A stretch of 64,000 bases of DNA from Macrostomum lignano (Eukaryota): contig NIVC01000245.1 in NCBI GenBank assembly GCA_002269645.1, forward strand, positions 496,001 to 560,000. Direction: 5' to 3'. Position numbers and translations under genes: made by a program. Below, piece after piece: positions 20,721-31,099 of the stretch (its first letter is position 1; every line of letters begins with the position of its first letter). The notes below the pieces were generated by a model that saw only the letters and a program-made list of their open reading frames with translations, ran no database searches and was not told the origin of the DNA.

Positions 20721-23700
20721 CATTAAAAATCCGCGCCTAGGTATTGCATCACGACAGCTTTTAAAGTGCTCGTAAAAGCAAAAGGCATACTCCCTCTGCG
20801 TCTTACTAAAAGTCCACCGCCGGACCGTATATGGCGTCCTCGGGATAAGTGAACGCTACGGTTGCCGCGTTGAACAAATCGTCAGCTACGTACGCCTTCT
20901 TGCAGTTGGACCGGGCAACGAAACGCATCCGGGAAGCGTCGCCAAGACAAGCTACGCTACCAGTTTCCAGAGTCTGAAAATGTTTTGACAGAAGGTTAAA
21001 CGTGCTAAATATCCTGCATCAATGACTACTGAATCAAACGACTGCGCACCTCGTACGGACAGTTCGGCGCGTCCAGAAGCAGGCCTCCAATTTCGCCGTA
21101 GATGCCAGAGTCGGACGACTTCATCAACTGGTGAGCGCTGGTGCCGGGTATGGCTCCGGGTCTGATGGCAGTCTGGGAGGCCAAGTCCTCCAGCGTTTTT
21201 ATTGGTAGCTGGGTCACACTTACCGTCAGCATTGAGGTCAGAAACGCTGTGATATGGAAGATAAGCAAGAATTGCAAGTTTTTACTCATTTAAATGATTT
21301 ACCACTCGCACCCCGAGCTCACCAGTGTAGGCCGCATACACAATCACTTGGAAGAAGAACCAGAATGCCAGAGAAACTCTTGGCGACGTGGCGAACGGAT
21401 AAAAGTCCTGGCCCTGCTGCATGAAACAGCCAGTGACGCACCACAGGTATTCGAAGTAGCTGATCTCGTCACGGATCGAGTACTCGAGTTGCAGATTGTA
21501 GGCTGAGAACGGAGAGTAGTAAGCCATGATCCAGACGAAGAATGCGGCCACAAACAGAGAGGCAGCCAGACACAGCCACAGCTGCCACGTCAATGGAAAG
21601 AAAACATTCCACATCTTGGTGGCCGGCTTTGGTTTCGGAACCAGGATGGCGTGGTATTCAGCGAAGAGCGCGGCGGAGTAGTCGATCACGGCGTCACGAA
21701 CAGTTGTCTTGGTGAATAATCCAGCTCCAAGGCTAACAATCTAGAAAAAGAGAAATTATGGTTTGCCCTCCTAAAACGGTATAAAAAGACACTACAAATT
21801 AAACAAAATGTTCTCACGTCTTGCTGCAGCTCTCCAATGCAGCCAGTGAAAAATGGCGAGCCTGCAACGGGAGCGCCCGGCTGGCCGTCCGAGGGCCTCT
21901 TCAAAATATACCTGCATCGGTATCGTTTGACGTGACCGTTAGTATTGCTTTTTATGTAGACTTTATAATAAGTAAAACAATTTATTTGTTACTTGAGCTC
22001 CTTTCCTGTGCAATCCTTAGGTCTCTCCGAACACCTTGGTAATCGCTGAACTTGGCAACGACACATTTATTGGAAGTGGCTTCGTTCCTGATTTGGTGGA
22101 ATACCTTTCGAAGAAGTTAAACTTTCGGTATGCTTTTTATTTTAAACAGTTAACGTACAGTCGGAGCACAAATCATAATTGTAGCATTGTTGAACCCCGT
22201 GAAGGTGTTGGGAAACACGAATTCAGCGCCGCTCTTGTGGAACAGTTTCGTCAGCGAGCCGCTGCTGAACCGACCGCTCAGCTCGAACCGAGCTGCCGCT
22301 CCCACCTGCTCAGTAAATGACGCAACGATCTCGACGCCCTGAGAGTTGAAGAATCCTGTTGTCGAGTTGTAGGAAATCTCACCGCGACCCGAGTCGAAGC
22401 TCGATAGCTGAAATGAGACAGAGTGGCGAGTGCAACTGCTCAAATACCTGTAGACCTGTTAATAATGAGCAATGAAATAAGCGTCGAAGTGAGCAAAAAC
22501 GCTGCAATGAAAAAATCAAATGCAGAAACCAAAAACTCACAGACATGACATTGCTGAGCACTTGAGCGCCAGACGACCACGGCTGCAGGGGAAAGCATGA
22601 CGCGTTGCTCTCTCGGAATCCCGGCTGAGTCAGCGAGTCTGTGAGAGCCTTCGCCAGAGCCTCGATCGCATCCACGAGACGGATGTCCAGTGTCTGTGCG
22701 AGATTTCGGTTGATGTTAGATCGAGTATTAATGTGAGCACAGTTACACTGCTGCTGACTATTACTGCTCAAATAGATTCAGAGCAAATCGAGCAGAGCAA
22801 AGCAGGGCAGGGCAGGGCAGGGCAGGGCAGGGCAGGGCAGGGCAGGGCAGGGCAGGGCAGGGCAGGGCAGGGCAGGGCAGGGCAGGGCAGGGCAGGGCAG
22901 GGCAGGGCAGGGCAGGGCAGGGCAGGGCAGGGCAGGGCAGGACAGGCAGGGCAGGGCAGGGCAGGGCAGGGCAGGGCAGGGCAGGGCAGGGCAGGGCAGG
23001 GCAGGGCAGGGCAGGGCAGGGCAGGGCAGGGCAGGGCAGGGCAGGGCAGGGCAGGGCAGGGCAGGGCAGGGCAGGCAGGGCAGGGCAGGCAGGGCAGGGC
23101 AGGGCAGGGCAGGGCAGGGCAGGGCAGGGCAGGGCAGGGCAGGGCAGGGCAGGGCAGGGCAGGGCAGGGCAGGGCAGGGCAGGGCAGGGCAGGGCAGGGC
23201 AGGGCAGCTGGCGCTCACCCGAATGCTGTCGGTGTCGCAGCTCGGAAAGACGTCTCTCACTGCAGGCGGACAGTCCGATGGCCGATTGACGCCAGTTGTG
23301 CCTCCTCTGAGCAGAGCCAGGTTGCAGTTGTTGGGACACACCCTCATCAGGTGGGACTTGCTGAGTCCGCCGCTGTCAATCACGAGCCAGAAGTAGTTCT
23401 GCTGCATGACGCTGGCGTTCGCAGCGGCTGCCACGATGCTTTGCGCGTTGCGAGGCGTCGCCATGACGATGGCGTTGAACAGGCGCTTCTTCATGAGGCG
23501 TCTGAGCCTCTCGGAGAGAAGATCTCCGCTGAGCGTGGGGTCGGCGTTGAAAGGGACGGAGCTGATGCCGATGCTCGAGAGTCGCGATTGCAGCGATTCT
23601 AAAACTCTTCCTCCTGCAAATATTTGGAAAAGTTTGAGGAACTTTGGAATTTATTCATGTCACCTATACTGAGTAGTCACAATCATGATTTAATAGTATT

Positions 23701-25134
23701 TTGACACTACCTACCATTTGTCTGGTCATACAAAATTGCAATCTCTTCCGCTCGAGTGGACTCCATTACAGAAATTGCTGCGTCCAGAATCACAGATGTT
23801 TCGTGGTTGCCGAAGACCCCAAATGCTGCGGGTTAAATATGATAGCTTTGTGGAGTCAAACAAGCCTCTTTTCTTTATTAAAGACAAAAAGTCTCTTTGA
23901 AGTGGGTGCGCCTGTTGGTCTCTGTTTCCTTGTTCAAAACAGTCAGACACTGGACCTGCCGTTTATTATATTCTTGTTGTCAGAATCGCTGTCAACACGG
24001 AAATTTCTCTCGGCTGATCAATTCAAATCAGACTAGAAATTATTTTGACATGGCATGCAAACCTCCGCTTGCTTGATACTTGATACGACTTAGTGCGATG
24101 CTAAGCTTGAATCGTTTAGGAAGTTGTTGGAGCATTCCCTCTTTGGTTACTCTTCTGATTTTTCAAGCGAACTGGATGTTAGCAATAGCATTGACCACTC
24201 GACTGCTCACGAAGTTTAGTGGGGCTGCACAGAGCGGTTGGCAGGGCGATGAACGGCAGTTGCAGCGACTTGGCTAGCGAGCTCAGCTCCGTGACGAGAC
24301 CGCAGCTGCCGATTGCCAGTAGAGCTGACAGACCATCCTGAGAGCACACTGGAATGGCGAGTAACATAGAGGATATTTAGCTGGGACGGAGCCGAGGAAA
24401 AGAATGGGTCAAAAACAAGCAGTATCGGCCAACTAGAGCTCGAAAATACACTTTTACTCGTACATTATTTTAGCAGCAGTTGAATTTTTAGAGAAGACTG
24501 CTGACGATACAAAAATTTGGGAGTAAGTAGATAGCTTGTGGGGTACAGGTGTAGTAAGTATAATAGAGTTAATTATATAAAAGGATTCCAATTTTACACA
24601 ACAAATGCAGGTTAAGCATTGATGTTTTCGACTGCCATTGGACTCACTGCTAATCATCAAGGCTAATGTTGGTGGGTTGGATCTTATCAACCCGCTAGTA
24701 TACTCGGTTAATATAATGTAGGTGAAATTGTAATGCAAGCTTAGTGAAGTTTCTCGGAGCAAAATACAATCGAGTGCAATCCTAGATGCGCACTGGTGCT
24801 ACCAAAAAAATTTAAGGACTCGTAGGGGTGTCGAAGTTCCGGAACGTACCAAGCCCTGTGGAATTGAGTCTCTGAAGTGATAGCAAACAAAATAGCTCAG
24901 TCATTCACCTTCTTTAGCAGCCTGCTGAGCTCCATCCGCGGGCACCTGCACGATTGTGTGCGACATTGAGTGGCCTGGCAACAGTCTCCAGTTCGAGTTC
25001 ACCCGTCTGCTCACAGCCAGGTCGATGAGAGATTCATTTACAGCATTCTGCTCAATCACAACTGTCAGATTGAACTCCAGGCCTGAGGTGGCGGATGTTA
25101 AGTACAGAAAAAGAAAATATTGTAACAGCTTCAT
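20116..25134 (-). CDS. Ionotropic glutamate receptor-like paralog B; 12 intact exons (840 aa if all are joined), but exon 7 is on the opposite strand, so status is unresolved (recent pseudogene, trans-spliced, polymorphic inversion or misassembly)
   Basis: Minus-strand exons: 25134-24909, 24348-24211, 23825-23715, 23613-23219, 22693-22541, 22407-22159, [exon 7 on + at 22021-22127], 21911-21818, 21740-21323, 21246-21050, 20973-20807, 20383-20116. Exon sizes and phases match A. Motifs FTKTTVRDAVIDYS, GCFMQQG, AYTAFLTSMLT. No stops in any exon. Confidence 0.85.
22021..22127 (+). CDS. Inverted exon 7 of paralog B (start of the S1 ligand-binding lobe)
   Basis: ccttag|GTC TCT CCG ... AAC TTT CG|gtatgc. 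It is 107 nt, phase 0 to 2, exactly like exon 7 of A. VSPNTLVIAELGNDTFIGSGFVPDLVEYLSKKLNF aligns without gaps to DFPSAGLIEDLGDNFYKGYGMAPDILKYLASKLNF (14/35 identical). Confidence 0.93.
22803..23207 (-). repeat. (CCCTG)n / (GGGCA)n array, about 80 copies, intron 4 of B
   Basis: Read directly; same intronic position as in A and C. Confidence 0.97.
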
Positions 25135-25369
25135 TCCAGGACCGTCAATTTATTGATGCAATGGATTTCGAGTATTTTTTGAGTGGTAACTCGAGCTGAA
25201 TCAGGCTTTTTAATGTAAATATGCACCATGCTAGCCAATAAGAAATTCTAGCCAATTGCAGGCAACATTTAGCAACTTTTTAAACTATTTTTAAAGCTTT
25301 ATCTAAAGCGAATATCATTTTATTAAGTGCTAATTTTTTAACAAACCTTGTTTTTTCACTAACAATGAT

Positions 25370-25513
25370 AACAACAACAGTAACAACAACAACAAAAACA
25401 ACAACAACAACAACAACAACAACAGCAACAACAACAACAACACCAACAAAAACAAAAACAACAACAACAGCAACAACAACAACACCAACAAAAACAATAA
25501 TACCAACAACAAT
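25370..25513 (+). repeat. Imperfect (CAA)n trinucleotide microsatellite just upstream of paralog B
   Basis: Read directly from the sequence. Confidence 0.95.
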
Positions 25514-25769
25514 GGTGTCAGCCAGCGGAAGTCATTGGTCGCCAGGAACTAGCTCAATGGGCGATCTCCGCCTCCTCGCTGCATCCGCCTTACGATAAGT
25601 CAAGTTAATTCAAGACGTTGTCAGCCAGTCATGCGAGTCATAAAAGGCAAAGAAACCGTACGTGAGCACATACTAACACAGAGTTCACAGTGGACTTGAT
25701 TTTCTCATCGCACCTAACACAAGGAAAATTAACGACACCCAAAAAATCGGAGTTAGAAACCGGATCCGA

Positions 25770-25890
25770 GGTTTGACTTTTTGGAAAATCTGGCAAATAG
25801 GCTTGGTGCGGTAGCACCTGGATGCCAGTGCTGCCTAGGTGATCCTTGTTCTTCACCGACACATACGTTGTCCTAGCATGGGACCCCACC
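25770..25890 (-). mobile_element. Possible highly decayed mariner transposase fragment
   Basis: Minus-strand translation SHARTTYVSVKNKDHLGSTGIQVLPHQAYLPD resembles the mariner HDNARPH...EVLPHPPYSPD block. The similarity is weak. Confidence 0.35.
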
Positions 25891-26189
25891 TAGCAGACAC
25901 TACATGCTGCATATCTCATCAATATGTCTTTTCATGTCTTCTACAACCTTCCTCTCCATGAGATGTCCGCCCACCTCAATCGGGTTCTCAACAATTGCAA
26001 TTTTCTTGCCAGCAGTGCGAGACCGTCTGACCCATCAAAGCTGGAGCGCAGTCGGTCGATGATGCGGCAGACTTGACTTTGGGACAGACCCCATCCTTGG
26101 TAGGTGTCCTACAAGTATTAATCATTCCAAAGCCAATTTCCCTGCCTCAAAAAATAGCGTAGGGGTAGCCTCAGGTATGAAAGTTCTTA

Positions 26190-26690
26190 CGAGGGACACT
26201 AAAAAAGCCCACTGCTGCTGGACTTTCTGCCGCACAAGCAGACAGTCACGGGTGCCTACTACGCCGATCTGATTGCCCTCAAGGCCTCAAGGCAATCAAG
26301 GAGAATCGGCGGGGAGTGCTGAGCCGTGGTGTAGTGCTGCTGCAGACCAACACACCTGCCCACACCAGTGGACTGACAAAGACAGCAGCTGTCAGCGTAT
26401 CAGAGCTGCCACAACCCTACCTATTCACCAGACCTTGCCCCCAGCGAATTTCACAGCTGTTTCCGCATCTCAAGCGGGCACTCCGTGGGCAGCGATTTAA
26501 CACTGATGATGCACCGGAGGATGCTGCGACCTCCTGGATCGAGGGGTGCTCAACGCAGTTTTTCAGAGTGGTATCGAAGCACTGCGATCAAAATGTCACA
26601 AAAGTGCATCTTGGTAGAAAAAAGCTGGTTGTATTTGCCCCAATTCTCTCTCCGTCACACCGAGGCTCAGAACCTTTTCAGTGCCCCTCG
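26190..26690 (+). mobile_element. Internally deleted mariner (Tc1/mariner) element, 501 bp, TA target duplication
   Basis: TA|CGAGGGACACTAAAAAAG ... CCTTTTCAGTGCCCCTCG|TA termini. Frameshifted transposase C-terminal motifs: LLDFLPHKQTVTGAYYADL, RGVVLLQTNTPAHTS, YSPDLAPS-like, LFPHLKRALRGQRF. Confidence 0.9.
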
Positions 26691-27149
26691 TATATAAGTG
26701 AGCGGCCAAGAGATGGCTTCAGAAAGAAAGCTTAAAATGATGGACAGTTTTGTTGCTCATATTTGTCCAGGACTACTGATTTCAAGGGACGGGGAACTAG
26801 CGAGATCAAAGTTTTTTAAAAAAGCTGACAGATACCTCTGACTTACCTCGATAAAATTCGGAAGTGCAATACTTCATTTCTCACGTTTGCTTTTATCTTT
26901 TGGCTCGTGAAGGCTCGGACGGTCTGCTTCTTTGATAAACGTTCATTTTGTTTGAAGCCAGACACGCAGTCTGATCAGCGTGTAGCTGGTGTGTAGAAGA
27001 AGTTTATCGGAAGCTGAATTCAGTAGTTAAGAAGACTAAAAGATTTTGTGCTATATGTGTGAACCGATAGGAAAAAATTAAAACATTGCAGCCTCTAGAA
27101 CTTTTCTCCATTAATCGCTAGTTTCCTCTCTAATAATGAATAATGATAA

Positions 27150-27385
27150 GATTTGAAGACACCAGCCCTAATGGGCGATTAGTAACCGACTCTGAAGGCT
27201 GCGTACGGCTGTTCAGTCCAAGGACTGAGTGGTCGCCACACAGCCTCAATTCCTAATTCTGGTGCATTTCACAAGAATTGTGTGCTGAAACAATGCAGAG
27301 TTGAGCGTCTTGCTCCAGGACACAAATGTTTTAGTGTGATCGGGATTCAAATCCCCGGCCTTCCCCGTCTCTAGAATGTAGTAGT
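27150..27385 (+). mobile_element. Possible SINE-like fragment
   Basis: Contains cttgctccaggacacaa...cgggattcaaatcccc, resembling the common CTTGCCCAAGGACAC...GGATTCGAACC block of metazoan SINE tails. Boundaries are approximate. Confidence 0.3.
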
Positions 27386-28186
27386 TCCTGTGTACAACAA
27401 TTTTTTATCAATGCATCAAGACAATTTTACAAGAGCATCAGTCCTATATTTTGACGGAAATCTCTCGTAGGAATCAAATGGGTCTTCTAATGCTTGTTAT
27501 GAGTAGTTCTAACTCGTGTCATAGCAAAAGAGTAAAAGCACTTAAAAATCGTACAGTTTATCAGTTCATTGCCCATGATATGATATTATTTATGATATGT
27601 TATGATTATTTTGGTTCATTCATTCGGAAGTTTAACTTCGAACTTCCAAGCAAAAACTTCCCTACAGAGGTTGCCAGCAGCAAGCTCTCTCATAAATTCT
27701 TTCTCAGCCTTCAAACCTCAGCCTTTTGAATTTTGAGCTCATTGAAATCATGTCTAATCATCGACTTCCATGCAGAAATGATCAGCATTATCAACCTTCT
27801 CCGTCTATTCCTGTCTATTGTAACACGATATACGAAGATTACAATACTACTCAATGCTTGGTTTGTCTTGCGCTCAAAACTAAGTATTGAATCCTACATT
27901 TACACGTCTGTTTTGATTTGCATCCTTATCCTGATGATAACTATGGGGTAAAGAGGTCAAGTTTTCGAGACTTAGTTTTATTTCTACTCATAAACGACAA
28001 TAAACTCCCTGATTTCTTTAGAGGTATTAGAGATCGAATTATTGAAGCGTTCTTCTAAGCCTTTTTAATGTTCGAAATGTGCGCTGCAAAATATAAGGTT
28101 TTGAAGAAGTTTTTTCAAAACGACAGCCGCAACTGCGGATTTTAAAAGCGCTCCCTCAATTATTTGTTTTTCTGTTGCTCCCACAG

Positions 28187-28686
28187 ATGGACAATAACAA
28201 CAAGGTCGCTTGCATGGGTGACGTAGCACTGATCGAATACCTGGTGCAAATGAACTGCAGTCGCTGGTACTTATAGTCAAGGAAGTTTTCAACGCCGCGA
28301 CTGTGGCCTTCATAATGCCAGAGGATGCTGTGTACGGAAAGGCTGTCAACTACTATAGTAAGCGAATTTTCATTTATCGATGACGACTACGCACGTAGAG
28401 CTTTGATCAGTCAAAAAGGTTGGTCGCAACCCTGCAAATTTTATTCAGCATGCACCAACTACACGAGGCAGGCCAGATCCCGATGCTGAAACAGAGATAC
28501 TTCCAGCCGGAGACTGGTGCGGCCTGTGTCAGAAGAACCTCGAGCAACGCTGGGTCCGTCGATGCGATTAATTTAGGCATTGTGGCGGGTCCGTATGCGG
28601 TAGCCGGCTGTTTCTACGCGATGGGCTTGGCGCTGCTTGCTGGAGAATTCGTGGCAGCCCGGCGGCTTCACCCTTCACCGACGTGA
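28187..28686 (+). pseudogene. iGluR-like 3' remnant C': exon 11 (28187-28357; two 2-nt TA insertions, in-frame stop) and exon 12 (28429-28686)
   Basis: VACMGDVALIEYLVQMNCSRWY / EVFNAATVAFIMPEDAVYG is homologous to exon 11 of A and B. The exon is 171 nt versus 167 in B. Exon 12 encodes M4 and a stop. No exons 8-10 were found on the plus strand upstream. Confidence 0.85.
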
Positions 28687-29930
28687 TGTTCAGTCGATTT
28701 TTGAAGATTTTGGAGAACCTACTTTTGGCGAAAAAATTGGCAAGTGTGTCAATGACCACTGAAGGATTTATAAGCTGAAATCTTTAGTATCTAAAGTAGC
28801 GTGGATCACTAAAAATATAAAACGCATTTTCCATCAAATATTTTCATGAGGCAATAGCTGTGTTAGTACGAGTACTCGAAATAGGTATTTTGTATAAAAT
28901 GACGAAATGAACTTGCATTGGTTGACGTGAAGCGGCGTATTGACACTTATAAATTTTCTATAAAGTAACTCACTTATATCTACCAATCTAAATTTTCCTC
29001 TCCCTATTTGTATGCTCTGAATTTGTAAATGCGGCTATAGCCTATATCTATTATAAGCCTTGTTTTCTCAATTAAGCCTACTAAGATTTCATTAGTAGAA
29101 TCTCTCATGAAGCAGGCGCATGCTTGCAGCCTCTGCTCGGGTTTAAAAAGCCATTTTAAGCAGCTTCAATTCAATAATTCTACTAGCTAATAAATTTGAC
29201 TAATTTCTTAACAGTTACTTACTCAGCATCTTAGCTGGTTTGAATGCGGTTTGTTGCATCAGTACGAGTCCTCTCTATCACTTTGACCCAAATCTATATG
29301 GCCCAGATTGAAGCAAAATTTCTGCAAATACCGCGGTTTTTATAAGTAGCTATAATATAAAAACGAAGAATTCCTGATTGAAAGCAAACTACTGATTAAA
29401 TTATCTTAAGTAGAAAGGAGAAAAAGGATTCCTACTAAAAAGCTCAGCAATTAATTATGGGCGACTTTTATGATTACCTGATTAAAAAAACGATTTTAAA
29501 ATAGCTAGCTAGTTCTCTTCTGCCAGAGGCTGAGGTCAGAGACTACTTTGAGTAGTCCCTGGCTGAGGTGTCTCTCACGCCCCATTCCCTATGCACACTT
29601 CAGGTGGGCTACAATTGCTCCCATGAATCATATAAAGGTAAATTTTCTTTTTCAATCCTACGAGTAATTCTCTGAGGCACTTTCAAAACTACCTTGCAAT
29701 TTAGCACTCCTTCACAACATTTGTCAATTGCTTTGAATTGTAGTCTTAGATCAGGGATTCCTGATCATGGAGTATTTGCTTGTATGAGTAAAAAATAAGT
29801 GAAAAAATATATCAGAATGATTTAGATTGCATTGTTTGTTTGACGCTGTGTTGCGTTTCAATAAGAGGACTTAATAAACTTGTTCAAAGTAATGCCAGTC
29901 ATATCTGGGTGATTCAGTAGTCACAGACAT

Positions 29931-30198
29931 TCATTCCGCTGGGTCGACCCGAGTGTTCGCGCAGCAGTCCAGCCGCTTCAGTCTCGCCAGTACTAACTCG
30001 CCAGCCAGCAGAAGCAGACCGACAGCAAAGAAGCAGCCGGTGACAACGAAGCAGCCGGCCACCGTGTCCAGACCGATTGACTCGGCGCCAGAGTAGCTCG
30101 CGTCACTATCGCCTTCGCTGCACTGGTCATCAGAGTCGGGCTTGTTGTACTTGTCGAATAGCAGCTGGAGCTGACCGGTCTCGCTGAGTTTGCTCAGA
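29931..30198 (-). pseudogene. Orphan exon 12 (M4 + C-tail) of paralog D, a duplicate of the 3' end of B
   Basis: Translation is nearly identical to B exon 12 (YYKT>YNKP, T>S, S>T). Intron 11 homology continues to 30493, resumes at 49570-49683, then ends. Confidence 0.88.
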
Positions 30199-30974
30199 CT
30201 GAAAAATAGGTACAGTTTGTTTAACTTTGTCTGTTTAAATTTGGCGTGACTTAAAATTTTGTGCATAGAAATTTATGACAAGGAAAAAACTGCCAAAATG
30301 TTTTGGTATTACTTCAAGAAAACTTTATCAAATTGAACGGTACTTGAAAGGAGAGACATTACCTCGCAAGAAGGCACTGAAGCGTTAGTGAAAGAAAGAT
30401 TTCCATATAAAATTGACTGCCAAGATGGCTATGGAGTAGCCGGATGGAAAGGTAAAAATAATTTAAAGAACTAGCAGTCAACACTAGCTACTATCTAAAT
30501 ATACTAAATCTTCCAATATACTAAAAATGAGTTGTCTGTCGGTATGCGATAGATTTCAAAAAAATTGGCTCAACCGATTTTCTTCAAACTTGCACCATTT
30601 GATCAGAAATTTTCCTGGCACGGTACATGCATCCTGGCTAAGAAATTGCTCAATATTAAAGGGATTAAATATTCGAAAAACATGCTTCTTTGCAAAGGTC
30701 AAGCAGCTCTTTCGACCTGAAATGCATTGTAAGAATGCTAGAGAAAAAACTGACTGACTGAATTCCAATTGTGATAAAGATTACATCACAACCAGTTGAA
30801 AACAGTGCCGAACAAATGCACACAAAACTTGATTTAAATTGCGTAACAATATTGCTAACTTAAATTGAGACTGATACTGGCTGACTGAGAAATTGATTAT
30901 GTCATAACTTTTTACTCTAACCGATTTGCTATAAGAATTTAATTATAAGGGCCACAATTCATGATCTCCAATTG

Positions 30975-31055
30975 AAAAGAGATAGCATAGATGCGAACAG
31001 ACTGGACTGCTAATGCAGCGATCTGGGTTCGAATCTTAGTAGTGCAAAAAGATTT
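30975..31055 (+). other. tRNA-like relic (GCT anticodon loop, intact T arm/B box, downstream T-run), repeated in each Helitron unit (also about 37510-37595, 40180-40268, 50565-50655, 60235-60322)
   Basis: CTGGA-CTGCTAA-TGCAG-CGAT-CTGGG-TTCGAAT-CTTAG. D arm and acceptor stem are degenerate. Confidence 0.65.
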
Positions 31056-31099
31056 TCTTATTCAAAAACCTTAAAAACACAAAATGCTAAACACAAAAA

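Noticed and set aside
22021-22127. The plus-strand exon 7 belonging to a long plus-strand gene made of C (exons 1-6) and C' (exons 11-12) with B nested inside
   Set aside because: It sits exactly in B's exon-7 slot with matching total intron length, C exon 6 has no donor and already ends in a stop, and no plus-strand exons 8-10 were found.
28683-30493. Uncollapsed allelic haplotype of 18466-20650
   Set aside because: The non-coding sequence shows many substitutions and large indels, too diverged for typical alleles; read depth would be needed to exclude it fully.
30975-31055. Functional tRNA-Ser(GCT) genes
   Set aside because: No acceptor-stem pairing, a degenerate D arm, no long variable arm, and anticodon-arm mismatches; kept only as a tRNA-like relic.
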